63,708 bases of DNA, filler included, from Octopus bimaculoides (GCF_001194135.2; 5 parts of 5 records of this genome joined end to end with filler, not necessarily neighbours in it); one strand, 5' to 3'. Counted from the first letter of the whole stretch, positions 24,536-37,259 are shown. Notes: a model not told the origin generated them from the sequence alone. Numbers and translations are program-made.

Positions 24536-26442
24536 CTCTTCTTAAATGGCTTTCCCTGTGAGAAAATGTGGAACTAATATCAACCTTAGTATGTTTTAAA
24601 TAAGTTGTTTTAAAATACTTTGAGAAAACTTTGTAGCACTTTGAAAACAATGCTAGAATTAACAACACAAAATTCTGGAAGTGTCATGACTGGCTTAATA
24701 CGATAATGATTGCTAACAATATCATATTATAATTATTGTTTATGATTTGTTTGATATAAAGCTCGTTGACATGTCACTTTGTACAAGACATCTTAAATAT
24801 AATAAACAGATAGGCATTCAAGAGATTTCTCAATGCTTCTCTCGCATGAATTCAAATATTGTAATGACTGGTTATTTAAAGGCAAACATATAAGGCATCT
24901 TTATTTTTCACGTAAAAGAAAATAGAGAAAGATATCATAGCTTCTTAATAATTGATATGACTGACTTCTGCAGCTGTCATTAATAGTGCAGGAATTGTAG
25001 TGACCGATAAACTAATTCATTTCAAGTAAGATGTTTTCTTCCAACAAAACAAAAAATAAAATTCGATCTAGGACTTTATTTTGCCGAATCTTAAGAATGC
25101 AAAACGTCCTGTCATGTGTTGAAGATTTTGATTTGTTGCGTTCCATTTTTCTATGATACTGGAAGGTTAACACACAGCGCACTTTCTCCTTCCAACAAGA
25201 CGCTACGGGAAATGGAAAAGAAAGTGTTATAGAGATAGGTGCATTTAATAGATAAATAGAAAGGAGATTGCCGGAAAGGGAGGGATGAAGAGAGAGAGAG
25301 GGGAAGAGAGAGAAAGAGAGAGGATGTGTGTGTGAGTGTGTATGTTTGTGTGTGTGTATGTGTGCGTATGTGTAGTGGGGCGTAAACACTGTATCACGAG
25401 ACAAGAAATTGTGTGGTCACACAATGAGAGTAAGGAGGGAGAACAGGTGAAAAGATGAGACAGAGATTTACAATGTACAGGTGGAATTAATGAAATATGA
25501 GAAAAAAAAGGTGGTGAGAAAGTGAAATTTGCGTTTGATATCAAAGCGTATAACGGAGGATGCGAAATTAGTGAAAATGTTAGTGACAGGTTTTGACATA
25601 TATACGAAAGTGAGTTAGTGATATTGATGAAGAAGAGTGAGCAGAAATAATAAAAAGACAAAATGAAGAACAAAAGCAAAACGAAGAATGGCTCAAAACA
25701 AAATCAAGTATTACAGAATGTACGCAGAAATAAAATTCATCATTTGTTATTGCTACTGAATTAATTCTTTAATAAACTTAATTAATACTGTGATTTTCGT
25801 TGGCTCCAAGACACAGGGCCGTCGCTAAGCTCTTGTAACCCCTGCAGTCGCAGGGGACCTCCACATTTGAGGGACCCTATTTTAAGATAAAATTACATAG
25901 ATGACCCATCTATGTACTTTGATTTACATTGATTAAAATGTTAACTGAAAATTTCAAGTCAGACGAGGAAAAAGAAACGAGGGTGTACGGTAAATAAACT
26001 TAAAAGAAACGAAAAACCTAAAAGAAAAAGCTTGTCAATGAATTCCCTAGGGAGATAAAAGAAAAACGAAAGAAATCCAAAGCAATGAAATTAAGAACTT
26101 CAACAGGAAAGACAAGAACAAGAAGCAATGGTGATGAAAGTTAGGGATGTATACTTATACATACATACAAGCATACGTACACACATTTATACATACGTAC
26201 ACACACATATATACGACTGGCTTTTATCTGTTTCCGTCTACCAAGTCCATTCACAAAGCCAGCTCAGAGATGGAGAGAGAGAAAGATGGATACACAGACG
26301 TGTAGCAAACACACACACGTCTCTTAGTCTCTCCGTTTTTCTTCATTTCTCTCTCTCTCTCTCTCCCTCTCTCTCTATCTCTCTCCCTCTCTCTCTCTNN
26401 NNNNNNNNNNNNNNNNNNNNNNNNNNNNNNNNNNNNNNNNNN

Positions 26443-26454
26443 TTAATTAATTAA
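26443..26454. other. Artificial TTAATTAATTAA spacer inside an N gap (also 56832-56843, 58409-58420, 62550-62561)
   Basis: The identical 12-mer, with TAA in all six frames, is isolated between N runs of about 44 bp four times. Confidence 0.85.
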
Positions 26455-26619
26455 NNNNNNNNNNNNNNNNNNNNNNNNNNNNNNNNNNNNNNNNNNNNAT
26501 ATATATATATATATATATAATACAATATTATAATAAATATATCAATATATTAACATATATTAAATACATTATAATATCGGTGGCAATAGCAATTAAAACC
26601 CAAAAGACAAAATTTATAT

Positions 26620-27034
26620 ATAAGGGTGCAAAATAACACTTACAATTGCTAGAAATAAGAGCTAAAATATAACTCGAATAGCCACACAAAATCACCAACC
26701 TCATGAGATGCTCGGGGACTTCGAGCAACTAGCGACAACATTTTTCTTCGGTGAGATAAACTCACAGAATGAAGTAGTTTGATAAAACCCTATCACGTGA
26801 TTTCGAAATTCAACTAACATGGTCTTGTTTCTCATCAGGGGTTTCCACAATTTACTCCGGGTTAAATAAACCCCTGACAAGAAACAAGTGAGTTTTATCT
26901 CGCCAAAGAAAACAGTTGTGACTTTCTGCTCGCATTCCCTGAATACCTCATGTGGTTGGGGATTTTGTGTAGCTAACCGAGTGATATTTTTAGCTCTCAT
27001 TTCTAGCAATAAGGGTGCTATTTTGCGCCCTTAT
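26620..27034. mobile_element. Foldback or MITE-like palindromic element
   Basis: 26620-26764 pairs with 26888-27034 at roughly 80% identity by eye. An inner pair lies at 26822-26843 / 26867-26888. About 55 bp are extra in the left arm. Confidence 0.8.
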
Positions 27035-27869
27035 TTACATATGTATGTATGTGTATATTTGGTGATGTTTTGTAGTAGCTGTGTCTGCGTAATATATCCT
27101 TCCTATTTTTGAGCAGCAGAAATCAATTGAAATATGTCTTATGACGCTGCCGCTTTCTATAACCAATCAAATTAATACGTAACACACCGTAACAAAGTCT
27201 GTCTGTGAGGAAACGTCACAACTGACAATCCTTATGGTACACAAATGGTATACAGTGTTTTACCATTTTTATTAACTGTTGAGCTTCGAGGATTTTGCTG
27301 TCAACCTTTTCCGCTGCTTTTCCTGTAAGCCTTTAAATGTCCATGCTTATAACTGGATAACTCTAAATTGTCATTTCCTCCAGAGATATTGGATTCCATG
27401 AAAAAGTCAAAAATGTTTTGCTTAGAATACTAATCGTCTTTATTTTTACCAACACGTTGGTACTATATGATACGATTAAACACCTCCCCCACGCACACAC
27501 ACAAACACGCACTCACATCACACACACACACACAAACACGCACTCACATCACACACACATACACACACATTTATGTATGATTAATGTTCACAAAAATTTA
27601 AGTAACTTGAGAAATTATGACAAGAAATCCAACACTAACTATATGTAGTAACTGCTATTTCCGTCCGTTCGTTCGTTCACTCGTATTATACATATGTGTG
27701 TGTGTGTCTGCGGGTGTGCATTTGTGTGTGCGTGTGATGTGAGTGCGTGTTTATGTGTGTGTGCGTGTGTGCGTATGTGTGTGTAAGTGTATGTTTTTAC
27801 AGTGACTCGAGATAAATAAGCAAAAAATAAAGACTGCTGCTAAGCACTGGGATACAGAAGTAAGATTTA

Positions 27870-28075
27870 AGACCGGTTTCAAATTTTGACACAAGGCCAG
27901 CAATTTTGGTAAAGAGTTAAGTCAATTATATCGGGCCCCAGTTTTCGACAGGTACTCATTTTATCGATACCAAACGAAGGAAAGGCAAAGTTGACCTCGG
28001 CAAAACGTGAACTCTGAGCGTAAAGATGGACGCAATGACCCATGTAGCGTTCTGGCAGACGGAGTATTCGACCGA
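27870..28075 (-). mobile_element. SINE family A
   Basis: Contains ggtttcaaattttgacacaaggccagcaattttgg..ggcaaagttgacctcggc. Confidence 0.8.
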
Positions 28076-28316
28076 CTGCACTTGCACAAGTAAGCTGCTT
28101 TCAAGTCTCCCTTTGAACCCATATATGGTAAAACTGTACAATGAAACTAAGCGATATGTTCCAAGCGAAGCTACTTGTGTTAAAGGGACTGTTTGATATG
28201 GAATTCAAGAGAGAATCCTGCAGACGATGTTCTTTTCTCGTCAGAAATCATTGGGAAATACGTATCTCAAGGCTATTAGAGAGAGTGTATCGGTTTATAT
28301 GTGTGTATGTGTGTGT

Positions 28317-28368
<52 letters not shown>

Positions 28369-29034
28369 CTGTCATAATCTTATTGCTTTCGCAACCATTA
28401 GATAATCTCTAACAAAAAAACTCCAACACATCATAAGCGATAGAACATGCTGTACATCAGAATATACTTTTGTTTCCGACACAGAGACAACATCTCGGAC
28501 ATTCTCCAGGGTCAGGGTACAATACAGCTATTGAGTTTGTGTCTCGAAATATTTTGGTTCCTGTCAGAATCCTTCCTTTGCAGAATTACTGACGTTCAGA
28601 TAATATTCGTTGCTCTGAATTAAGAATAACATGTTGAGTGGCGAATAGCTGTCTATAAATAGATTTTCAACATTCAGGTCCCCTCTGCATTGATATTTAT
28701 GCACGGAAGTACATAACGTGCTTAGGTGTACACACACACACACACACATACATACACAGACGCACACACACACGCACGCACACATGCACACATACACAAA
28801 CATACACAAACACAGACGCACACACACACCCACACACGCACGCACACACACACACACACATATATGCATGCATATATACATACATATATTAGCATACATA
28901 CATATATACATAATATATATGCATACATATATACATACATAAATATATACACAAACATACATATATATATAAACATACATATATATATATGCATATGTAG
29001 ATACATTCATATATATATGCATATGCATATATAC

Positions 29035-29079
<45 letters not shown>

Positions 29080-30454
29080 NNNNNNNNNNNNNNNNNNNNN
29101 NNNNNNNNNNNNNNNNNNNNNNNNNNNNNNNNNNNNNNNNNNNNNNNNNNNNNNNNNNNNNNNNNNNNNNNNNNNNNNNNNNNNNNNNNNNNNNNNNNNN
29201 NNNNNNNNNNNNNNNNNNNNNNNNNNNNNNNNNNNNNNNNNNNNNNNNNNNNNNNNNNNNNNNNNNNNNNNNNNNNNNNNNNNNNNNNNNNNNNNNNNNN
29301 NNNNNNNNNNNNNNNNNNNNNNNNNNNNNNNNNNNNNNNNNNNNNNNNNNNNNNNNNNNNNNNNNNNNNNNNNNNNNNNNNNNNNNNNNNNNNNNNNNNN
29401 NNNNNNNNNNNNNNNNNNNNNNNNNNNNNNNNNNNNNNNNNNNNNNNNNNNNNNNNNNNNNNNNNNNNNNNNNNNNNNNNNNNNNNNNNNNNNNNNNNNN
29501 NNNNNNNNNNNNNNNNNNNNNNNNNNNNNNNNNNNNNNNNNNNNNNNNNNNNNNNNNNNNNNNNNNNNNNNNNNNNNNNNATATATTGAGAGAGAGTGAG
29601 AGAGAGAGAGAGAGGGCTGGGAGATAGAGGGAGGGTGAGTGGGGATGCTTGTGTCTGTGTGTCTGTTCGATTATTGTTATTAAGCTTTTTGTTTCTCTCT
29701 CAGCGTTTTTTTTTTATATATATTTTCTTTTGTCGTAAATACATCAATGGTATCAGCTTCTGTCATTCAGTAAATCGAACGTTGTCTTTTTTTCATGATA
29801 ATTCTGACAGAATATTTCGTCATTGGCTTTTTTTTCTAACAATTTCTCTTTCAACAATATAGCATTGTTTGCGAATCCCATTTTTTTTTCTGCAGTAACG
29901 TTAGTAAATAACAATATTTGGTGCCGGGCCCAGCTTTATTCGTTGAACGAATCTTCAAGTATTTTTTTGTTTGAATTATCGTGTGATCCATTCCATTATG
30001 AAACAGGAATATTTCATATTTATTACTTCTCATATTATTTTCTCTTCCTTAGCCCCGTGTCACGCTTTCTTGCTAAGAGAACATTAAGTTGGTTTATTCC
30101 TAATAAATGATGTTTAATATCAGCCGTTTGGTAACATTATCATAAAACACTATCGCTACATTCGCTACCCTCACTACATATGGCGTACTTATTGACGGCT
30201 TTGAATATATTATTATCTCTGGGTAGCTTTATTTACTGGTACATGAGGATTGCATACACAGAAAAATCGCATAATCTACGCATCTACGCATTCGCACACT
30301 CACGTGCAAGCCTGCATACACACATACATACATGTGTTCACGCGCATGTATCTATACTTGTACATCTATTTATTTATTTTATTAATCTAGCTATCTTTCT
30401 AACTATCTAACTATCATTCTCTCTCTCTCTCTTTCTTGTATATATGTAAGTATG

Positions 30455-30491
<37 letters not shown>

Positions 30492-31904
30492 GTATATAAA
30501 ACATACATAACCATATTGAAGCTTATATATTCGAATTCAGGTCTTTATATGTGCATGAGTAGCTACCCAGAATCCCTCATTTCCGATCTTCAGGTGACTG
30601 ACATAGTGAATTTGGGATTTACTCCAAATACATCGTGTAGCTCTGTCCAGATGACACAAATCACGTGACATTGAAAATTCATGCTAGCAGTCACGTGACA
30701 CGGCTCATGTGGCACCGAGGAATAACTTGGAGGGGAAGTATTAGCTTCACACATTGTCAACCGATCTTTGTATTCAAAGATGATGAAAAGACGAAAGACA
30801 ATTCAGAACTTCTCAGAATTGTCCAAATATTCTAGAAAATGTCTTCAGAAATCGGTGGAACCGTCCGTAAGAAAGTGGGTGCGAGAATATTACTGGAAAG
30901 TTATTGTTCTGAGCCTGCGTTCTCTTTAATTCTGTTGACAAGTTTAAGGAATGGAATTTTCTGAGTGGCATTACGAATAACAAATGACAATGTTTTTCTT
31001 TCACTGAGTTTCTTAATGCCTGTGTGCATACGTATGCACATACATACATACATACATACATATATNNNNNNNNNNNNNNNNNNNNNNNNNNNNNNNNNNN
31101 NNNNNNNNNNNNNNNNNNNNNNNNNNNNNNNNNNNNNNNNNNNNNNNNNNNNNNNNNNNNNNNNNNNNNNNNNNNNNNNNNNNNNNNNNNNNNNNNNNNN
31201 NNNNNNNNNNNNNNNNNNNNNNNNNNNNNNNNNNNNNNNNNNNNNNNNNATATTTACATTCATACATAGCGATGGAATGAAGGGAAAAGAGAGACATATT
31301 CATAGATAAACAGGCAAGAGATATGTGTGTGCGAGTGCGCACTGATACACACAGATACATGTAAAAAAAAAGACAGCTTTGTAAGACATGATTAACGAAA
31401 ACAAAAGCCGTTTTGTGTTGTGTGTCCACGCAGACTGTGGCGCTGCATGACACATCAACGCGTTTCAATTAGTCTTCATTTCCTGCTTATTTCCTCAAAG
31501 ATATTTTCTGGCTGACTGAAAAAGCTGACCTATATTGCAGAGATTCTTTCATAACAATAGATCATCTGCTTTTCTGATGTGAGTCTCATTCATTGTACAA
31601 TACATTTTGGAGCTGATAAACAAACATATTTCTCGAGAGTTCATCACGTTTGGAGATATGTGTTAGACATTGACACTATAACATATATAGAGAGACATAC
31701 TGCGTGGTAAATAATTATGAATGTATGCATACATACAGAAATATATATATCTGTGTGTGTGTCTATGTATATATATATAAAATATTAGGAACACTGGGAT
31801 GAAAGAAAGGATAAGTAGAGAAGATTTGGAAATTTAGTAATTAGATAGAGAGGTGAAATTTGGGGGATAAATAGAATGGTATAAGTACATACGTAAACAA
31901 ACAG

Positions 31905-32070
31905 GTGCAGGCGTGACTGTTAGGTAAAAAGTTTGCTTTCCAACCACATGGTTTTAGGTTCAATCCCACTATGTGGCATTTTGGTTAAGTGACTTCTACT
32001 ATAGCCTTGGACGGGCCAGAGCCTTGTGAGTGAATTTGTTGGTGGAAACCGAAAAAAGTCCGTCGTGTAT
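31905..32070 (+). mobile_element. SINE family B 5' half
   Basis: ggtgcaggcgtgactgt..ccaaccacatgg..ttcaatcccact..ctactatagcc..gccttgtgagtg runs into (TA)n. Confidence 0.85.
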
Positions 32071-32761
32071 GTATATATATATATATATATATATNNNNNN
32101 NNNNNNNNNNNNNNNNNNNNNNNNNNNNNNNNNNNNNNNNNNNNNNNNNNNNNNNNNNNNNNNNNNNNNNNNNNNNNNNNNNNNNNNNNNNNNNNNNNNN
32201 NNNNNNNNNNNNNNNNNNNNNNNNNNNNNNNNNNNNNNNNNNNNNNNNNNNNNNNNNNNNNNNNNNNNNNNNNNNNNNNNNNNNNNNNNNNNNNNNNNNN
32301 NNNNNNNNNNNNNNNNNNNNNNNNNNNNNNNNNNNNNNNNNNNNNNNNNNNNNNNNNNNNNNNNNNNNNNNNNNNNNNNNNNNNNNNNNNNNNNNNNNNN
32401 NNNNNNNNNNNNNNNNNNNNNNNNNNNNNNNNNNNNNNNNNNNNNNNNNNNNNNNNNNNNNNNNNNNNNNNNNNNNNNNNNNNNNNNNNNNNNNNNNNNN
32501 NNNNNNNNNNNNNNNNNNNNNNNNNNNNNNNNNNNNNNNNNNNNNNNNNNNNNNNNNNNNNNNNNNNNNNNNNNNNNNNNNNNNNNNNNNNNNNNNNNNN
32601 NNNNNNNNNNNNNNNNNNNNNNNNNNNNNNNNNNNNNNNNNNNNNNNNNNNNNNNNNNNNNNNNNNNNNNNNNNNNNNNNNNNNNNNNNNNNNNNNNNNN
32701 NNNNNNNNNNNNNNNNNNNNNNNNNNNNNNNNNNNNNNNNNATATATATATATATATATAT

Positions 32762-32925
32762 ATACGACGGGCTTCTTTCAGTTTCCGTCTACCAAATCCA
32801 CTCACAAGGCTTTGGTCGGCCCGAGGCTATAGTAGTAGGCACGTGCCCAAGGTGCTACGCAGTGGGACTGAACCCGGAATCATGTGGTTGGTAAACAAGC
32901 TACTTACCACACACCCACTCCTGCG
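32762..32925 (-). mobile_element. SINE family B 5' half, inverted relative to the 31905 copy
   Basis: Reverse complement of the family B head. Confidence 0.88.
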
Positions 32926-32949
32926 CCAAAATTATATATATATAAATGT

Positions 32950-33056
32950 ATGCGCTTCACTCCACATGTATTACACGCGCTACTAATTGTTTTACGTACA
33001 TAACAAGTACGTTCATCAGGTACTCTATTGTGTAATACATGTGGAGTGAAACGCAT
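32950..33056 (-). ncRNA. 27-bp hairpin enclosing a decayed type I hammerhead-like core (G12A)
   Basis: Arms 32950-32976 and 33030-33056 differ by one mismatch. The minus-strand loop reads CUGAUGA-ACGUAC(uuguuau)GUACGU-AAAA-C(aauua)G-UA. Confidence 0.55.
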
Positions 33057-33699
33057 AAATTAATAGTGTTCTCTCATTAGATGGTGTACTCTTCTTGACC
33101 ATTTTATGCAAATCAAGTTTCTATGTATGTATATAATAATAATATAAATAATATATAAATATATGCATATATCCATACATATATGTACATATATGTACAT
33201 GCCTACATATATATGCATATATGGGTACAGGACATAAAAACAAAACGTTAAACACAATGAGAAACGAAAACATAAAAATGAAAATATAGAAAACGAACTT
33301 TTTTTCGAACAACGAAAAAAACAGAGAAACGAGACATGCAACATAAAGAATATACCCCTTATATATATANNNNNNNNNNNNNNNNNNNNNNNNNNNNNNN
33401 NNNNNNNNNNNNNNNNNNNNNNNNNNNNNNNNNNNNNNNNNNNNNNNNNNNNNNNNNNNNNNNNNNNNNNNNNNNNNNNNNNNNNNNNNNNNNNNNNNNN
33501 NNNNNNNNNNNNNNNNNNNNNNNNNNNNNNNNNNNNNNNNNNNNNNNNNNNNNNNNNNNNNNNNNNNNNNNNNNNNNNNNNNNNNNNNNNNNNNNNNNNN
33601 NNNNNNNNNNNNNNNNNNNNNNNNNNNNNNNNATATATATACACATACCTTCTACTCCGCCTTGTCCATTCACATATATATATGTGCGTGTGTGTTTGT

Positions 33700-33905
33700 G
33701 TGTGTGTTTGCCGCCCACCTCCACTTGACAACCTGTGGTGGTGTGTTTACGTCCATGAAACTTAACGGATCGGCTAAAGAGACCGATAGAGTAAGTACTA
33801 GACATAAATAAGTAAGTATCGTGTTCAATTCGTCTGACTGTAAATTCTTCAAGGCGGTGCCCCAGCATGGCCGCGATCTAATGACTGAAACAAGTAAAAG
33901 ACAGA
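33700..33905 (+). mobile_element. SINE family B 3' half
   Basis: Contains cttgacaacc..ggtgtgtttacgtcc..gagaccgatagagtaagtac..ggcggtgccccagcatggcc. Confidence 0.8.
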
Positions 33906-34644
33906 TGTCAACGAATTCCAAAACGAAGAGAAGGTATTCTTATTGTCATCACCGCCGTCATCACGAACAAGGTGAAAACATAAGCAAAACAAGAATAAAG
34001 AAACAATACCTCGCGCGCGCGTATGTAAGTGTTGAACGTGTGCAACAATGTCAACAACATGCTTACTGCATTCGTGGCATTTGTAAGAATTCTTGTAAAT
34101 GTTTCTCAATATTATTTATTTCTATTATAAATAGAGTTTCTGACTGGCTGATAAAGCGTTAGTCGTCTTCTGTTAATAATCTTGTCAGGTTATAATCGAA
34201 ATGTGACTAAATTATTCAGAAAGTGAATACCTTGACTTGTTCCTCGGATATTTATGGTGTTTATTTTGTTCAATTTTGTTATTTTTAGCCCCATTTAAAG
34301 GTTGTATATTTTAAAAGAAGGAAGGAATGGAACGATGTGACGTTTACGTCTTTTTTAAAAGGCAGTAGTAAAGTAAATGAAAGAAATTGGTGAAATTGTT
34401 CTTAACATACAAGTGTCTGAAGAAATACATGTGTTGTTGGCTGACAGATTTCCTGACGTAAACAATTTGTTTTCACGGCAAGTCTGTGGTGTGGATTGTA
34501 GAATTATATCGAATAATACTTAGAGATGCCAGAGTCTTAGAAATTATAAAGAAGAAAAAAAGATTTGCTATTCCTATCATGACTATTTGAAGAAACATGG
34601 TGGAACGTGTTCCTGTTGCTATCAACCATTGTTTCGTTCAGAAT

Positions 34645-34875
34645 ATTGTGTTATTTCTTTACTACCCACAAGGGGCTACACACAGAGGGGACAAACAAGG
34701 ACAGACAAACGGATTAAGCCGATTATACCGACCCCAGTGCGTAACTGGTACTCGACCCCGAAAGGATGAAATGCAAAGTCGACCTCGGCGGAATTTGAAC
34801 TCAGAACGTAGCGGCAGACGAAATACCGCTAAGCATTTCGCTCGGCGTGTTAACGTTTCTGCCAGCTCGCCGTTC
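34645..34875 (-). mobile_element. SINE family A, near full length
   Basis: Includes the 3' extension cccacaaggggctacacacagaggggacaaacaagg and the full core. Confidence 0.9.
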
Positions 34876-35289
34876 AGAATATTGTGTTGTCCATTATGAA
34901 CTTCCATTTTGTAAGATAGAAGTGCTTGATTGGATAAAAATTCAGCTAATGTTTCTAGCATGTGTAAAAATCTAGTGGCTCTCTTGTTGGATCGTAAATA
35001 TTTATGTAAAGGATTAAGATGATAGTGCGAATTGCCATTATGTCCCTCGGTGGTAGAAGTGTCTCTACTGGGCTTTTAAGGTGTGAAACTGTTTTATGTT
35101 ATCCCTGCCTGTATGAATCTATTGTGATAAGAAGAGGATGGCATGAGGATTGTGTTTCCAGGATAAAAAGTGTGGAGAAGAGAGCTGTTGTTCTGAGACT
35201 GGTCAAGTATTGCACTGGATCATTTACGATATAAAAGGATCTCGGATTGTGATGATATTTTCTCGTCTTCTACGTTAGCTTTATTTTCC

Positions 35290-35630
35290 TCCTCATCAAT
35301 ATTTTGTTGTTTCTTCTTCTTCTTATTCGCTTAATTTCAGATCTATCTATGTCACGTTTCAGCTCTAACCAGCAACTTAGACTCGCAATAATTTTCTCAA
35401 CACATGAGCCGCTCGAGATATGACTACCAACTGAAAACTTCCTTTGAAATTTGATACTTGCAGCGTTTGATGCTCGACTATTTCTCTCTTTGAGATGGTT
35501 CCAACTGCATCGATCACAAAAGGCACCACACTCACTTTTGAGACTCTGTGGATTCTTTTCCGTTCCAATCCTAGGTCTTGGCACTTCCTGCTTTTCTCCT
35601 CCTCTATCATGACACAGAACTTCAAATTAT
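35290..35630 (-). mobile_element. R4/Dong-like non-LTR retrotransposon, C-terminal restriction-like endonuclease relic
   Basis: Translates EEEKSRKCQDLGLERKRIHRVSKVSVVPFVIDAVGTISK..QLVVISRAAHVLRKLL, matching the K..KY.dL / vvP.viGalG / ilrk.L terminus. Confidence 0.7.
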
Positions 35631-36448
35631 ATGCAGTAGCGATACGATAAAGTAGTTGTATGCTGTCAACTTAATGTGACAGTCCCATGAAGGGAATAAT
35701 ACTACTGCTATTTAGCCTTAGGAAGCAGCACCGCTTCCTGTCAGCCTTGACACATTTTCTGTGTCCTTATGTTTACAATGGGGAGATAAGCACCCCCACC
35801 CAGCTGAGCCTGCATCCAGAGACTAGTTTCTGAGTCATTGCTCGTCTTCAGTCTGGAGTAGCATGACCTGCTAGTCGAAGATGCCTGTCAAGCTCTTGTA
35901 AACATATAATAATTCTAGTGAAATTCATTCACTGATATCCAAAATAGAAATAATACATTTCTAAATCTCTCAGAGAGATTTATGCAAACATAAGGACACA
36001 GGAAATGTGTCAAGGCTGACAGGAAGTGGTGCTCCTTCCTAGGGCTAAATAGCAGTAGTATTGTTCCCTTCATGGGACTGTCACATTAAGTTGACATGAT
36101 TACAACTACTTTATCGCATCACTACTGCATAAATCTCTCTGAGAGATTTAGAAACGTATTATTTCTATTTTTGAAATCAGTGAATGTATTTCACTAGAAT
36201 TATTATATGTTTACAAGAGCTAGATGGGCACCTCCAACTAGCAAGCTATGCTACTCCAGATCAATGACTCAAAAACTAGTCTCTGGATACAGGGTTAGCT
36301 GGTTGGGGGTGCTTATCTTCCATTTGTAAACATAAGGACACAGGAAATGTGTCAAGGCTGACAGGAAGTAGTGCTGCTTCTTAGGGCTAAATAGCAATAG
36401 TATTATTCCCTTCATGGGACTGTCACATTACGTTGACAACATACAACT

Positions 36449-36454
<6 letters not shown>
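35631..36454. repeat. Complex inverted/tandem repeat A-B-A'-B'-A' containing a hammerhead
   Basis: A is 35631-35774 and B is 35775-35986. Reverse-complement A lies at 35986-36130 and 36328-36454, and reverse-complement B at 36126-36327. Confidence 0.92.
35815..35857 (-). ncRNA. Minimal type I hammerhead ribozyme motif with intact core
   Basis: Minus strand reads UCCAGA-CUGAAGA-c-GAG(caauga)CUC-a-GAAA-CUAG-UC-UCUGGA. It has a 6-bp helix I, a palindromic ACUAGU helix III and a GUC cleavage triplet. Confidence 0.8.
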
Positions 36455-36479
<25 letters not shown>

Positions 36480-37192
36480 NNNNNNNNNNNNNNNNNNNNN
36501 NNNNNNNNNNNNNNNNNNNNNNNNNTATAATGTTATCCCAAAAGCAGCTGTAAGACTTCAAATCCATCTTACCGTATTATAAATGACTTGAGATATTCGT
36601 TTTGCCTTGGTTTTTATTTCTCCTCTAATAATGATATATCCCTGCTATAACGAAACCCTAACACGGATCCCTAGATCCGGCCTTAGCTGTGATCTTGGAA
36701 CCTAATGGTCGGCCGTCTATAGCACTTACCCAGTGTACCAATTCGTTTAGATCACAAGTGAACTAAACCTCTCATATTCTACACACACATACACACACAC
36801 ACATATGCTCCACCTCATGTACACACAATCAAATACACACACACACACATTTATATACATGTATGTATATATTTATACAAACATTCATGCATAAGTATAG
36901 CCACAGATATGCTTAAAGGTGAAATATTGCACAGAGCATTGCTCATTACAAGAAATGATATTATCAACTAACCCGCTTATATGTAACAGTAAATAAAAAC
37001 CAAATCTCCTGAAGTACGGGCAGCTAATACAGCTTACAGATATCGTCTGTGAGAATAGAAAGTTTTGCACGGATTCTGTTCTCATCTCATCAACCTATTC
37101 ACAAATGTGACAAAACACGCCTTAAGCTCAGCAGTTGGTATTTCAATGTTTTTTTCGGTTCATTACAGAAGCCAGGGAATGATATTTCGTTT

Positions 37193-37207
37193 CGTCCATG
37201 AAAATAT

Positions 37208-37259
<52 letters not shown>

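Noticed and set aside
30180-30410. Hydrophobic ORF as a possible TM1 exon
   Set aside because: It lacks the class B GY-S-S and LHC-RN-IH motifs.
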